From Pseudomonadota bacterium (lineage in GTDB: Bacteria > Bdellovibrionota_F > JAHFAK01 > JBDREC01), in NCBI GenBank assembly GCA_043820105.1, contig JBDREC010000019.1, forward strand, positions 1-64,000: a stretch of DNA of 64,000 bases. Direction: 5' to 3'. Of this stretch, positions 50,373-61,234 are shown one piece after another. Position 1 is the first letter of the stretch. Each line of letters opens with the position of its first letter. The notes beneath the pieces were generated by a model. It made no database searches. It had not been told where the DNA came from and worked only from the letters and a program-made list of their open reading frames with translations. A program made the position numbers and the translations under genes.

Positions 50373-52385
50373 ATGAAAACAAGGCCTTATACATCAAAAT
50401 TGATCTTAATCTTAATCCCAATCCTAATCTTAATCCTGACATCATGCTCACTATTCAGACCCTCATCACCAAATGACCGAAAATACCTTATTGAACGTGT
50501 CGATGAATATGGAATCATTCAGCTTTATGCTGATGGCTTTAGTGAATTAGAATTAAATCAAAAAATCCTGGCCTATTATCTTTCAAAAGCTGCCCAAGCT
50601 GGTGATAGAATAACTTATGATCAAAATTACAAATATAACCTTGAATTAATGGATTTTTTGACTCAAATTATAACTCATTCGCAAGGAATTGATACAAAAG
50701 TTCTGGACAAAATTAGAACCTATCTTAAAAGAATTTGGATAAATTATGGCATTCATGATGATAATGGCGTTAAATTTGTTCCAAAATTTACGAAACAAGA
50801 ATTGATAGATGCCTCAACTGTTGCTTTAAAAAATCATGCCTTATTTGATTTAACAAGTGCAGATCTTTTGCTAGCAAAAATCGATACTTTAGAACCAATT
50901 ATTTTTGATCCTGAATTTGATAAAATAAAAACAGCGCAAGCTCCAAAAGGTGAAAAAGATATTATCCAAGCTAGTGCTGTAAATTTTTATGATAATATTA
51001 CTTTGGAAGATATTGAAAATTTTAAACCACAAAACCAACTTAACTCAAAACTTGTTAAAAAAGATGGAAAAATTAAAGAACTCGTTTACAGAGCAGGAAA
51101 TCAAAATATTGAACCTGGCCTGTATGCAAAAGAATTAAAAGATGTTATTTATTATTTAAATAAAGCAAGTGTCTACGCTTCAGAAAAACAAGCAAAAGTA
51201 TTAATGCTTTTAGCCCAATACTTTGAAAGTGGGGATCTGGAGGAATTCAAAGAATATAACATTGCCTGGGTGCAAGATACTCCAACAATAGAAACTATAA
51301 ATGGTTTTATTGAAAGCTATGTTGATCCCTTAAAAGCAAAAGCCCATTATGAAGGTGCAGTATTTTTCATTGATAAAAATAAAGTTGAAATGATGAAAAA
51401 ACTAACTGACAATTCTGCTTATTTTGAAGCAAAAATGCCCTGGGATGATAAATATAAAAAGAAAGATTTCACTTCCCCTACAGCTAATGTTTATAATACA
51501 TTAACATATTCTGGCGACACAAGAACCGCCTATTTATTGGGTGTTAATCTTCCAAATGATCAGGAAATCAGGGAAACATACGGCTCTAAAAATTTTATTT
51601 TAGGAAATGTAAATGCTGCCTTTAATGAAGCCTTTAAATATTCTTTTACAAATGAGTTTGCCTATTCTCAGGAACAAAAGGATCTGATTGATTTATGCTC
51701 ATTGGCTTCAGAAGATGCCTTGACAACCTTGCATGAAGTTACCGGGCATGGCTCAGGAAAGGAAAGTGAAAATATTAAAGGAAACTATAGAAACTATTTA
51801 AAAGAATATTCCTCTGTCATTGAAGAATCAAGGGCTGAAGCTGTTTCATTGTGGCTAGTAAATGATCCCAAAATAATGGAAATCGGTATGCTCCCTGATC
51901 CAAAATGCGGTGAATATGCAACTCGAGATTTTATGACCAAGCAATTAAGAAAACTCGCCAGGCTTAAAGGTTATGATGAAATGCGCGGAACCTACAATAA
52001 AGCAAGACAACTTATTGTTAACTGGGGAATAGAAAAAGGAACCATAGAATTAAAAGCAAAAGACAATAAACATTATTACTATGTTCCAGACGTTCCTAAA
52101 ATGACTAAAGCAGTAGGTGAACTATTAAAAGAGCTAATGAGAATAAGAGCAGAAGGTGATTATAAGGCTGCAAAAGAACTTATTAATAAATATGCAATGC
52201 CATTTGATAAAGCAATCAGAGATGAAATAATTAATAGAAATGAAAGCCTCTCATTACCATCGCAATATAGACCTGTTACACCAAGACTTACAGCAATTTT
52301 AAATAAAGATAATAATATCATTGATGTTCAAGTTTCATATCCTTTGGATTTTGAGGGGCAGATGCTAAGGTTGAGTCATAAATAG
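50373..52385 (+). CDS. Peptidase M49 (dipeptidyl-peptidase III) lipoprotein
   Basis: HEVTGH zinc motif, EESRAE, NGFIESY, GVNLPN; lipobox LTSC; AGGAG RBS. Confidence 0.88.
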   Translation: MKTRPYTSKLILILIPILILILTSCSLFRPSSPNDRKYLIERVDEYGIIQLYADGFSELELNQKILAYYLSKAAQAGDRITYDQNYKYNLELMDFLTQIITHSQGIDTKVLDKIRTYLKRIWINYGIHDDNGVKFVPKFTKQELIDASTVALKNHALFDLTSADLLLAKIDTLEPIIFDPEFDKIKTAQAPKGEKDIIQASAVNFYDNITLEDIENFKPQNQLNSKLVKKDGKIKELVYRAGNQNIEPGLYAKELKDVIYYLNKASVYASEKQAKVLMLLAQYFESGDLEEFKEYNIAWVQDTPTIETINGFIESYVDPLKAKAHYEGAVFFIDKNKVEMMKKLTDNSAYFEAKMPWDDKYKKKDFTSPTANVYNTLTYSGDTRTAYLLGVNLPNDQEIRETYGSKNFILGNVNAAFNEAFKYSFTNEFAYSQEQKDLIDLCSLASEDALTTLHEVTGHGSGKESENIKGNYRNYLKEYSSVIEESRAEAVSLWLVNDPKIMEIGMLPDPKCGEYATRDFMTKQLRKLARLKGYDEMRGTYNKARQLIVNWGIEKGTIELKAKDNKHYYYVPDVPKMTKAVGELLKELMRIRAEGDYKAAKELINKYAMPFDKAIRDEIINRNESLSLPSQYRPVTPRLTAILNKDNNIIDVQVSYPLDFEGQMLRLSHK

Positions 52386-52462
52386 TATTTACATTTTTCA
52401 ATTTACATTTATAAAATTAATTACTAAGACTTAACTAAACAATTAAACAATGAGGAAAACCT

Positions 52463-53209
52463 ATGTCAGGACATTCCAAGTGGGCTTCAATTAAACATAA
52501 AAAAGGTGCCGCTGATGCCAAGCGTGGCAAGCTTTTTACAAAACTAATTAAAGAAATTACAATTGCTGCAAAATTAGGCGGTGGCGACCTAAATGCTAAT
52601 CCCAGATTAAGATTAGCAGTTGATACAGCTAAAGCTAGCAGTATGCCAAAAGACAATATTGATCGAGGAATAAAAAAAGGAACTGGTGAGCTTGAAGGGG
52701 TGTCGTATGAAGAATATTCATATGAAGGCTATGGTCCTGGCGGAGCTGCTGTCTTAATTAACACCCTTACTGATAACAAAAACAGAACCATAAGCGAAAT
52801 CAGACATACCTTTGTAAAATATAATGGTAATATGGGTGAAAATGGTTGTGTGGCCTGGATGTTTACAAAATGTGGTTTCTTTTCAATTGATGCCTCCAAA
52901 ATTGATGAAGAACGTTTAATGGAAATTGTTTTAGAGGCAGGAGCTGAAGATATAAAAGAAGTTGATGGTGAATTTGAAATTACGACAGAGCTTGCATGCT
53001 TTGAAGCAGTAAAAAAGGCGCTTGAAGAGGCAGCAATTGAAACTAATCTTGCTGAAATTACAATGATCCCTCAATCAACAGTTAAACTTGAAGGCAAACA
53101 AGCAGAACAAATGTTAAAACTAATGGAAGCCTTTGAAGATCATGATGATGTTCAAGATGTTTATTCTAATTTTGATATATCTGATGAAGTGATGGAAAGC
53201 TTGGAATAA
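52463..53209 (+). CDS. yebC: YebC/PmpR family protein
   Basis: [36 protein letters not shown]. Confidence 0.96.
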   Translation: MSGHSKWASIKHKKGAADAKRGKLFTKLIKEITIAAKLGGGDLNANPRLRLAVDTAKASSMPKDNIDRGIKKGTGELEGVSYEEYSYEGYGPGGAAVLINTLTDNKNRTISEIRHTFVKYNGNMGENGCVAWMFTKCGFFSIDASKIDEERLMEIVLEAGAEDIKEVDGEFEITTELACFEAVKKALEEAAIETNLAEITMIPQSTVKLEGKQAEQMLKLMEAFEDHDDVQDVYSNFDISDEVMESLE

Positions 53210-53237
53210 TTTGTTTATTAGATATATATTATATCAT

Positions 53238-53306
53238 GTATTCAGTATCCTGTATTCTGTATTCAGTGAAAAAACACCGAATACTAAATACTGAATACTG
53301 AATACT
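53238..53306. repeat. Inverted (GTATTCA)n/(TGAATAC)n arms
   Basis: Between yebC and ruvC. Confidence 0.85.
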
Positions 53307-53326
53307 AATCTTACAGCTAAAATTAT

Positions 53327-53815
53327 ATGGTAATACTCGGCATTGACCCTGGCTTAAACCGTCTAGGTTATGGCATCATTAAAAAAGAAAATTCAAATCT
53401 AATCCACATTAGTCACGGATGCATAACGAGCTCAGCTAAAGAAACCATGTCTGACCGAATTAAGCATATTTACATTGAACTTGAAAAAATCATTGAAAAA
53501 TTTAAACCAAATTCAATTTCTCTTGAAAAAGTATTTGTTAAAATTAATCCAAATACTGCATTAAAACTTGGCTATGTTAGAGGCCTTTTATATTTATTAT
53601 CTTCTCAAAACCATATACCTTTGGCTGAATACTCAGCAAAAGAAGTAAAAAAAGGCATTACAGGTTATGGCCAGGCAGAAAAAGAACAAGTTATGATGAT
53701 GGTAAAAAATTTACTGAACATTTCAGATATCAAATATCTTGATGAATCAGATGCCTTGGGCTTAGCAATTTATCATGCAAATATTGAAGGTTTCACCCAA
53801 AGGATATCTAGTTAA
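53327..53815 (+). CDS. ruvC: Holliday junction resolvase RuvC
   Basis: ILGIDPG, LEKVF, VKKGITGYGQAEK, DESDAL. Confidence 0.95.
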   Translation: MVILGIDPGLNRLGYGIIKKENSNLIHISHGCITSSAKETMSDRIKHIYIELEKIIEKFKPNSISLEKVFVKINPNTALKLGYVRGLLYLLSSQNHIPLAEYSAKEVKKGITGYGQAEKEQVMMMVKNLLNISDIKYLDESDALGLAIYHANIEGFTQRISS

Positions 53816-54310
53816 ATGTCTACAGTTATTTATATCATAGATGGCTATAATCTTATTCATAAACACAGTCAATTAGCACCTCTGATTGATACAAATCTTG
53901 AAAAAGCAAGATATGGTTTAATAAGATTTTTACAGCATCATTTTATTAAAAAAAACATGAAAATAAAAATATTCTTTGATGGCCAACCTGATATTACAAC
54001 TCATCAAAAAAAGTTTGGCGCTATATCCATTTATTTTTCAAAATACCCAACTGAAGCAGATCATCTTATTTGTGATGAAATTCGAAAATTAAAAGATAAA
54101 AAACATACAATTGTTGTATCATCTGATATAAAAGACATTTATAATGTAGCAAAGGCTCATGCAGTTAGACGAATAACCTCTGATGAATTTTTGTATGATA
54201 TTTATTCCAGGCAATCCAGGAAAGCCTCATTAAAGCCAATTGATGATAAATTATCTGCAAGTGAGGTTGATGACTGGATGAACTATTTTGGTGTGGATGA
54301 AAAATCGTGA
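53816..54310 (+). CDS. YacP-like NYN domain protein
   Basis: IIDGYNL, FFDG, EADH, VVSSD, EVDDW. Confidence 0.85.
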   Translation: MSTVIYIIDGYNLIHKHSQLAPLIDTNLEKARYGLIRFLQHHFIKKNMKIKIFFDGQPDITTHQKKFGAISIYFSKYPTEADHLICDEIRKLKDKKHTIVVSSDIKDIYNVAKAHAVRRITSDEFLYDIYSRQSRKASLKPIDDKLSASEVDDWMNYFGVDEKS

Positions 54311-54354
54311 ATTAATTTTGAATTTTGAATTTTGAATTTTGAATTTTGAAAAAT

Positions 54355-56010
54355 TTAAAATTTATATTCAATCAAACTTTCAAGTATAAAATTCCAGTTT
54401 CTTTGGCCTTCAACAAAATCATAATTCCAAACATATTCAAGACCCATTCTTGACTTAAGGGTAAATTTATTTATTGTGAAATTGTGTCCAAAGGTTGATC
54501 CAAATTTGGTTTCAGCTGGATTATCAGCTGTAGTAGTCTGTCCAACAATATACTCAGGAGGAAGTGTTATGTTATGATATCTATCAGAATCGCGAATGAT
54601 TAAATATGGATAAAAATTAAACTTGTGCTTAAGTGAATAAAAATAGTCATAGTAAGCAAAAACCCCATCACTATCTGGACCTAAAAAATTTCCTATTATT
54701 TTCTGTGAATTTGTATATCCACTTGTCCAAATTACATGCCTATACATAATTGCAGGGTGTGTAATATATTCCAAAGCAAGAGAAACCCGCCCATCACCTG
54801 TTAATCTGGAAAGATTAAGCATAAAATCATAAGACATCATATCTAAAAACTGATAAGACTCATAATATGGAAATCCTGTATGATTGCCTCTGGTGTCTTC
54901 AAGGCAAGTAGAGATATAAAACTCTAAACCAAGCAAATTAGGAAAGGATAATAATAAATCAAAAACAAATCTTCGGTCTGATATTCCACCTCCAATCAAA
55001 CCAGCATCATTCTTTGCTCTATAACCAAAAAATTCAATTATATGTGTCATTACATCAGAGCTTGGTGCACCATCACCATACCATAAAAGAGACTGTTCGG
55101 CCCCAAACTCCAGAAAAGAAAAAGGCTTAAGCGATAACCTTCCACCTGATAAGAGCACATTATCAAAATCGGTCCTATCTCCTAATAATCCTGTGAAAAC
55201 TTCAATTTTAGCAAAGCCTAAATATTTAAAGTACCATGGCAATTTAGCAGAATAAGGATTAGATACTTTAATAAGTTCAATAGGCTTTGAGTTTCCACTA
55301 AAAAGCAGAGAGTTTTGCTTTGCAGCCCCATAGATGATAGAATCTTTTCCTACTTCTATTTCGAAGTTATCCCAAGTGAACTTAGAATAAGCTCTTTTCA
55401 AAATAGGGATTAAATCATTCGCGCTTGTATCAGCGCCCGTATTAATTGAAAACTCTGGATTTATTAAAAAAGTAAGCCTATCCCAAAACTCAATATAGTG
55501 ATTTGATCTTAAAAAGAAATTAAGGCCTTTTTCATATTCATTGCCTTCTTTTCTTTCAACAAAAGAGCTATATTCAGCATCTAAGTATGCATTAATCCCA
55601 TTTTCTGAACTAAAGGCATTTGAGTCAGCATCTAGTCCGATGAGCTCTCCTTCAAGAGTATCAATAACTTTGTAATTTGAAATAATTTTATTCTCAGAAT
55701 TTTTATTTTCAAGAAAACTAATTTCAGTTTGAAATTCATTTTCCATATAAGCAAGCACTTCATCAACAAAAGCACAATCTTCGCAGCCAATTATTCTGGT
55801 TCTATTTTCCCAGGCTTCTATTAAATATTTTGCCATTTGCTTTCTTGAAATCTGTTTAAATCCAGAAAGCTTTGAAGGAACCAGACCAAAAGAATCCAGA
55901 ACTTCCAATTTTTCATAATAAGCTGAATTTACAGGAATATTAATTGATGAATGTAAAATTGAAATATAACTAAAGCATAATATTGTAATAATAAATTTAT
56001 ATTTAAACAT
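54355..56010 (-). CDS. Capsule assembly Wzi family outer-membrane protein
   Basis: Signal peptide, EVGKDSIIYG..SLLFSGNS, IIGNFLGPDSD, terminal YKF. Confidence 0.75.
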   Translation of the reverse strand: MFKYKFIITILCFSYISILHSSINIPVNSAYYEKLEVLDSFGLVPSKLSGFKQISRKQMAKYLIEAWENRTRIIGCEDCAFVDEVLAYMENEFQTEISFLENKNSENKIISNYKVIDTLEGELIGLDADSNAFSSENGINAYLDAEYSSFVERKEGNEYEKGLNFFLRSNHYIEFWDRLTFLINPEFSINTGADTSANDLIPILKRAYSKFTWDNFEIEVGKDSIIYGAAKQNSLLFSGNSKPIELIKVSNPYSAKLPWYFKYLGFAKIEVFTGLLGDRTDFDNVLLSGGRLSLKPFSFLEFGAEQSLLWYGDGAPSSDVMTHIIEFFGYRAKNDAGLIGGGISDRRFVFDLLLSFPNLLGLEFYISTCLEDTRGNHTGFPYYESYQFLDMMSYDFMLNLSRLTGDGRVSLALEYITHPAIMYRHVIWTSGYTNSQKIIGNFLGPDSDGVFAYYDYFYSLKHKFNFYPYLIIRDSDRYHNITLPPEYIVGQTTTADNPAETKFGSTFGHNFTINKFTLKSRMGLEYVWNYDFVEGQRNWNFILESLIEYKF

Positions 56011-56073
56011 TGATTTTCACTTTTATTTTTTCTACTAAAAAACACCCTTATTAATATATAATAGGTATATAAA

Positions 56074-57228
56074 ATGCTATTCTGTGATATTGCAAGTTTT
56101 TATTCAAATACAGGTGGTGGAGTAAGAACATATCATAATCAAAAACTCAAGTTTTTTGAGACCCAGGAATGGCATAAATATATAATGATAGCTCCCTCAC
56201 ACACCGACAAAGTTGAACATCTTCCTGGGGGGACTATATATTGGATAAAGGCTTTTAGATTTGATGCTAACTATTATCACCTCTATAATCCTTTTAAAAT
56301 CAGAAAAATAATCTCTGATTATAAACCAGATGTTGTTGAACTTGGCTCTCCATATCTCGATTATTGGATTACAAAATTGGCGATCTCAAATAAGGTGCCA
56401 ATAAAAACCGCTTTTTATCACTGTGACTTTCCTGATTCCTATGTAAGACCATTTTTTGAAAATAAAATTGGTTTTGCAGAAGGTTTTGCAACAAAGCTTT
56501 GCTATAAATATGTTAAATACATTTATTCAAAACTAGATACAACTCTTGTTGCTTCTAAATTCATTGCTGAAAAACTTTCTAATCTTGGCTTAGAGAATAT
56601 ATTGCAATCATCATTGGGTGTGGATACTGAAATTTATAATAAAAAGAAAAGAGATGAAGAATTCAGAAAAGAACTTGGAATTAATCCAGAAGACAAGGCC
56701 TTATTATACGCAGGAAGATTTGGCCCTGAAAAGGGAATCAAAGTACTTATTGATGCAAGCGAAAATATAACAAACAATAAAAAAACTCATCTAATATATG
56801 CAGGAACTGGTCCTTATCTAGAAGCAATAAAAGAAATAGCAAAGAAGTTTGAGAACGTTCATTATTTAGGTTACATAAAAGATCCTACAAACTTAGCCCA
56901 AATTTATGCATCAGCTGATGGCTTTATTAGCCCTGGACCACAAGAAACCTTTGGTCTTGGAATAATTGAGGCTTTAGCTTCTGGCCTTCCCATCCTCTCC
57001 GCAGATGAAGGAGCAGGAGTTGAGCTCGTTAAGGATTATGGATGTGGGCTATTTTTCAAAGCCTGGGACAAAGCAAGTTTAAGTCAAAAAGCCATAGAAT
57101 TGATTTCAAATGACTATACAGAAGGCTTAGAGGCTGCACAAAAAAACCTGGTTTCAACTTATAATTGGAATACAATTTTTAGCAAGAATATTGAATACTA
57201 TGAAAAACTCAGAGACAAAAAAGGGTAA
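56074..57228 (+). CDS. GT4 glycosyltransferase (mannosyltransferase-like)
   Basis: FYSNTGGGVRTY, ELGSPY, YAGRFGPEKG, ETFGLGIIEALASGLP. Confidence 0.9.
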   Translation: MLFCDIASFYSNTGGGVRTYHNQKLKFFETQEWHKYIMIAPSHTDKVEHLPGGTIYWIKAFRFDANYYHLYNPFKIRKIISDYKPDVVELGSPYLDYWITKLAISNKVPIKTAFYHCDFPDSYVRPFFENKIGFAEGFATKLCYKYVKYIYSKLDTTLVASKFIAEKLSNLGLENILQSSLGVDTEIYNKKKRDEEFRKELGINPEDKALLYAGRFGPEKGIKVLIDASENITNNKKTHLIYAGTGPYLEAIKEIAKKFENVHYLGYIKDPTNLAQIYASADGFISPGPQETFGLGIIEALASGLPILSADEGAGVELVKDYGCGLFFKAWDKASLSQKAIELISNDYTEGLEAAQKNLVSTYNWNTIFSKNIEYYEKLRDKKG

Positions 57229-57958
57229 TGCGGTTTTATGTATTCATGACATTGCACCATCCTATGAAAATGAAATATTTGATATCATAACAGAACTAAA
57301 AAGACTTGAGATAAATAAGTTTAACCTGGGCATAGTACCCTCTTTCCATGATCAATACCATCTATCTAACTTTCCAGGTTTTTGTAGTGAAATTAAAACC
57401 TTTATGAAGGACTTTGAGATAGAACTTATTCTGCATGGTTATTTCCATAAACGTATGCTTCAAAATGAACACCTTTCTATAAAAGGTGACCTAATCTCAA
57501 GAGTTGTAAGTAATAAGGAAGATGAATTTTTTGAGCTGCCTGCATCTGAAACAAAATTGAGAATTGAAAGGGGCTTAAAGCTTATTGAAAATATTTTCAA
57601 TATTAATTGTTATGGCTTCTTGCCACCAGCATGGATCATGAATGAACACTTACTAAAAATTCTAACAAACCTTGAATTCTATCACACAGAAAATCACTTT
57701 CACATATATAACTTAAATAGACAAACAAAGATTTTTTCGCCAGTTATTTCTTTTGCAAGCAGAACCCAAGCCAGGCAGTATTCGTCAGTTGCATGGTCAT
57801 CCCTATTATCAAGCTTTAAGTTTTCAAATCATCTATTAAGGTTTGTAATTCATCCTTGTGATTTCAGATCTCCAATTGTTAAAAAAACTATTATTGCTAA
57901 CCTTGAAAAAATTTTAAAAAACTATAATCTTCATCTTTACAGAGAATTAATAGTATGA
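57200..57958 (+). CDS. DUF2334 / polysaccharide deacetylase family protein
   Basis: IHDIAP, LHGYFH, EDEF, GFLPPAW, RFVIHP; start uncertain (57191 or 57200). Confidence 0.8.
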   Translation: MKNSETKKGNAVLCIHDIAPSYENEIFDIITELKRLEINKFNLGIVPSFHDQYHLSNFPGFCSEIKTFMKDFEIELILHGYFHKRMLQNEHLSIKGDLISRVVSNKEDEFFELPASETKLRIERGLKLIENIFNINCYGFLPPAWIMNEHLLKILTNLEFYHTENHFHIYNLNRQTKIFSPVISFASRTQARQYSSVAWSSLLSSFKFSNHLLRFVIHPCDFRSPIVKKTIIANLEKILKNYNLHLYRELIV

Positions 57959-60423
57959 AACCGAGTTTTATTGATAATTTAATTAATAAATATATCGCCT
58001 TTAGTGAAAAAAAATATAAAGTCATTTTTATAATAATGCTAGTATTGCTAGGCCTCTCACTTCTTGCTGCTTCCAGGCTTAAAATTGACACTGATCTTCA
58101 AGCACTTTTATACTCTAATGAACAAAGTGTTAAAAGTTATGAAGAAGTTAAACGTAGACTAGGATCAACTGAGTTATATACAATCGCAGTAAGCTCGCCT
58201 GATAAAAATGCAAATATCCATTTTTTAAAAGATTTAGATAAAGAGATTAAAACCTGGTCTGATGTTTCCTGGACGCAGGTTGAAAGAAAAACAAAGTTTT
58301 TCTATGATCACGCCCTTTTATTTTTAAGTGAAACAACTTTAAAGAAAATAAACTTGCTTTTAAAACAAGAATATTCTCATCAAATTCAAAAAAACAATCC
58401 TTTTTACTTTGATTTAGAAGACACCAGTTTTTCTGAAAAGCTTGATGATATAATTTCAAAGGATAGAGCTATTAAATTATTGCCCAATTCTATAAAAGCA
58501 GAATTCAAAAACTTCCAAACAGGGAATATCAAAAAGCAAGAAACAGGATCTAGCAACTATCTTTTAAGTAATAACGGCAGTATTGGGGTTATTTTAGCTC
58601 GTTTAAAAAAACCCTCAACAGATATTAATTATTCCAAAAAAATGTATGTCACTGGAATTGATTTAATCAAAAAACTCAATCCAAAAAAATACAACCCTGA
58701 AATGAAGGCTGAAGTTGTTGGGGCATATAGAAATTTTTTGGAATATAAAGCTATCTTAGAAGATGCAAAGAACGCCACAATAATATCACTTGTTTTAGTT
58801 TTGCTCTTAGTTGCAATTTTCTTTTTCAGCCTAAGAATTACAATTATAACTGTGCTTCCATTATTATTTGGCGCAGTCTATACCTTAGGAGCAACTGCTT
58901 TAATCGTTGGAAATTTGAACACCTGTACAATTTTTGTTTTTGCAATGCTTTTTGGTATGTGCGTAGACTATTCACTTTATTTAAATGGAAGAATAATCGA
59001 ATCCAGAAAAATTGATAAAAAACAAATTATTCATTCAACAAAAATGATTTTCAGTCCAATTAGTTTGTCAGCACTTACAACGATTTTCGCTTTATTGATT
59101 TTAACAACCGCCAACATAAAGGGCTTTGTAGAGTTTGGGCTTATTTCGGCCATTGGAATAATAATTAATTTACTGGCGACTTTTTTAATAGTTCCACCTA
59201 TGTATTTTCTTTTCAAAAAAATTAGTAGAGAAGATTCAATTTTTCATCAACCTCACTTTGATCCTTTTAAATTTGAAAAAACGAAATCAAAAGCCTTTTT
59301 CTCTAGTTTTATAATATTATTCCTACTGATTTCCTTTTTACTTTTTCCTAATTTAAATAAAATCGGGTTCGAATATGACTTCAGAAATTTATCTATTAAG
59401 GATATTGCCCCAAGCATTGATTATGGCCAGGCAATTGGCCAGGACCAAACAACCACTCCAGCAATCATCTTAGGAAAAAGTAAAGAACACATGAAATCAA
59501 TTGATGCTTATATGGCAGCAATAGTACTTGATTCAAAAAACAAAAATAATGCTCAGAAAAAAGATTTTTTAAAAAGCTATCTAACCTTGCACACTTTTTT
59601 GCCTGCAAAAGAAATACAAAAAGCTAGAATTATTGAAATAAATAAAATCAATGAAACCCTGAACAAACCATTAATGAAAAAACACAAGGAGGACAATCAG
59701 GTATTAGCGGAATTTATAGATAAAATTCATACTACTTCTTTTTTTGAATTTGAAGACCTGCCTGCTTGGGTAAAAAGAGCTTTTACAGAAACAAATGGTT
59801 CTCACGGTGCATTTGCATATTTATATGGTAACCTGGAAGAATGGGATGGAAAAGAAGTTAATAAATTTCACGCAGCTTTTGCAGAGGTTGGCTTCCATGG
59901 CAAAACAGCCCATGTTGCTTCAAGCTCCTTTATTCTATCTGATATAATAAAAATTGTAAAAAAAGATTCCTTGCATTTAGCGATTTTAACGTGCCTGGTA
60001 ATCTTTTTAGCCCTGCTCTTGCTTTTAAGATCAATTAACGCAGCCTTTTTATGTTTATTTGTCTTGCTTACCGGAATGTTATTAGCAGCTTCTGTAATGG
60101 GCCTTTTGGGCTATAAAATTGGCTTATATAATATGCTCGTAATCCCTTTATTATTAGGTGTTGGAATTGATGGCTCTATTCACCTATACTCACGTTTCAA
60201 AGAAGAAGCCAAAATAAGTTTAAAAAAACTAATATTAACAACAGGCAAAACAGTAAGCTTTGCCTTTTTAACAACTATAGGTGGTTTTACAGGCCTTTTA
60301 TTTGTTTCACACCAAGGCTTAAAAAGCATAGGCGTTTTTGCAGTCATTGGGCTTTGTTCTATATGGCTAGCAATATTTCTCTTATTACCCTCAATTCTCT
60401 ACCTAGGAAAAAAAATTCACTAA
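57955..60423 (+). CDS. MMPL/RND family exporter
   Basis: Two TM bundles with GMCVDYS / GVGIDGSIH and SALTT / AFLTT motifs. Confidence 0.88.
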   Translation: MKPSFIDNLINKYIAFSEKKYKVIFIIMLVLLGLSLLAASRLKIDTDLQALLYSNEQSVKSYEEVKRRLGSTELYTIAVSSPDKNANIHFLKDLDKEIKTWSDVSWTQVERKTKFFYDHALLFLSETTLKKINLLLKQEYSHQIQKNNPFYFDLEDTSFSEKLDDIISKDRAIKLLPNSIKAEFKNFQTGNIKKQETGSSNYLLSNNGSIGVILARLKKPSTDINYSKKMYVTGIDLIKKLNPKKYNPEMKAEVVGAYRNFLEYKAILEDAKNATIISLVLVLLLVAIFFFSLRITIITVLPLLFGAVYTLGATALIVGNLNTCTIFVFAMLFGMCVDYSLYLNGRIIESRKIDKKQIIHSTKMIFSPISLSALTTIFALLILTTANIKGFVEFGLISAIGIIINLLATFLIVPPMYFLFKKISREDSIFHQPHFDPFKFEKTKSKAFFSSFIILFLLISFLLFPNLNKIGFEYDFRNLSIKDIAPSIDYGQAIGQDQTTTPAIILGKSKEHMKSIDAYMAAIVLDSKNKNNAQKKDFLKSYLTLHTFLPAKEIQKARIIEINKINETLNKPLMKKHKEDNQVLAEFIDKIHTTSFFEFEDLPAWVKRAFTETNGSHGAFAYLYGNLEEWDGKEVNKFHAAFAEVGFHGKTAHVASSSFILSDIIKIVKKDSLHLAILTCLVIFLALLLLLRSINAAFLCLFVLLTGMLLAASVMGLLGYKIGLYNMLVIPLLLGVGIDGSIHLYSRFKEEAKISLKKLILTTGKTVSFAFLTTIGGFTGLLFVSHQGLKSIGVFAVIGLCSIWLAIFLLLPSILYLGKKIH

Positions 60424-60523
60424 TCGCTTGGTATCGAATTTATTATTATTTATTAATTATTATTTATTAATTATTGATTATTTTCCCTCTCAACTTTTTC
60501 CAATCCAGACAATTCCCCCTTTT

Positions 60524-60548
60524 GTAGTGGAGGGGCTCGTCCCCTCCT
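60524..60548 (+). repeat. GTAG-tagged REP
   Basis: GTAGT-GGAGGGG-CTCGT-CCCCTCC hairpin. Confidence 0.85.
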
Positions 60549-60556
60549 AAATCATG

Positions 60557-61027
60557 TCAAAAACTAAACTCCAAAGACCCACTCCACCTATAATCATCCC
60601 AAGCAGCAACTAACCCAGCTCTCACAGGATTGTTTAGAATATACATCCCAACTTTTTCAATAATTTCCTCTTTTCTTAAAAAATGATCATAAAAACTTCT
60701 CTGCCAAATTTTTCCATTAAAATTATGTTTCCAGGCAATACGCGTACTTAAAGATTTAAACTCACGCACAATATCAACGATGCTTTTTTTAGCTGTCGCT
60801 GATGATAGGAAATGAATATGATCTGGCATTATACAATAAGCATATAATGGATTTTTGTTTTCGGTAAAATAGTTGATCAAAAAGGTATTTATCTCTTTGG
60901 TGAATTTTGGATTAGTGAATATTTTTTGTTTATTCTCTGTGCAGATGGTTATAAAACATGGTTTAGCTTCAACTTTATAGCAGTCTTTGTGTATTCTAAT
61001 TTTTTTGCGTTTATTTAATTTTTCCAT
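60557..61027 (-). CDS. REP-associated tyrosine transposase (RAYT, IS200-like HUH)
   Basis: FITICT, YCIMPDHIH (HUH), WQRSFYDH, YILNNPVRAGLV, YRWS; start at MEKLNKRK. Confidence 0.9.
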   Translation of the reverse strand: MEKLNKRKKIRIHKDCYKVEAKPCFITICTENKQKIFTNPKFTKEINTFLINYFTENKNPLYAYCIMPDHIHFLSSATAKKSIVDIVREFKSLSTRIAWKHNFNGKIWQRSFYDHFLRKEEIIEKVGMYILNNPVRAGLVAAWDDYRWSGSLEFSF

Positions 61028-61042
61028 TTGTGTCCTGTTTTG

Positions 61043-61229
61043 AGGAGGGGACAAGCCCCCCCACTACAATTAACCTAAATCTCATTTCCCTGTAGGGGAG
61101 GGGTTCATCCCCTCCCGAAATTAAGGAGGGGACAAGCCCCTCCACTACAATTAACCTAAATCTCATTTCTCTGTAGGGGAGGGGTTCATCCCCTCCCGAT
61201 ATTAAGGAGGGGACAAGCCCCTCCACTAC
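61043..61229. repeat. Array of five alternating GTAG REPs, 81-bp period
   Basis: Minus-strand REPs at 61043, 61124 and 61205; plus-strand REPs at 61092 and 61173. Confidence 0.9.
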
Positions 61230-61234
61230 AATGC

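Noticed and set aside
61011-61229. Possible CRISPR array, or 71-aa repeat ORF
   Set aside because: The spacers are near-identical, the units alternate in orientation and no cas genes are present; it is a REP array and the ORF is its by-product.
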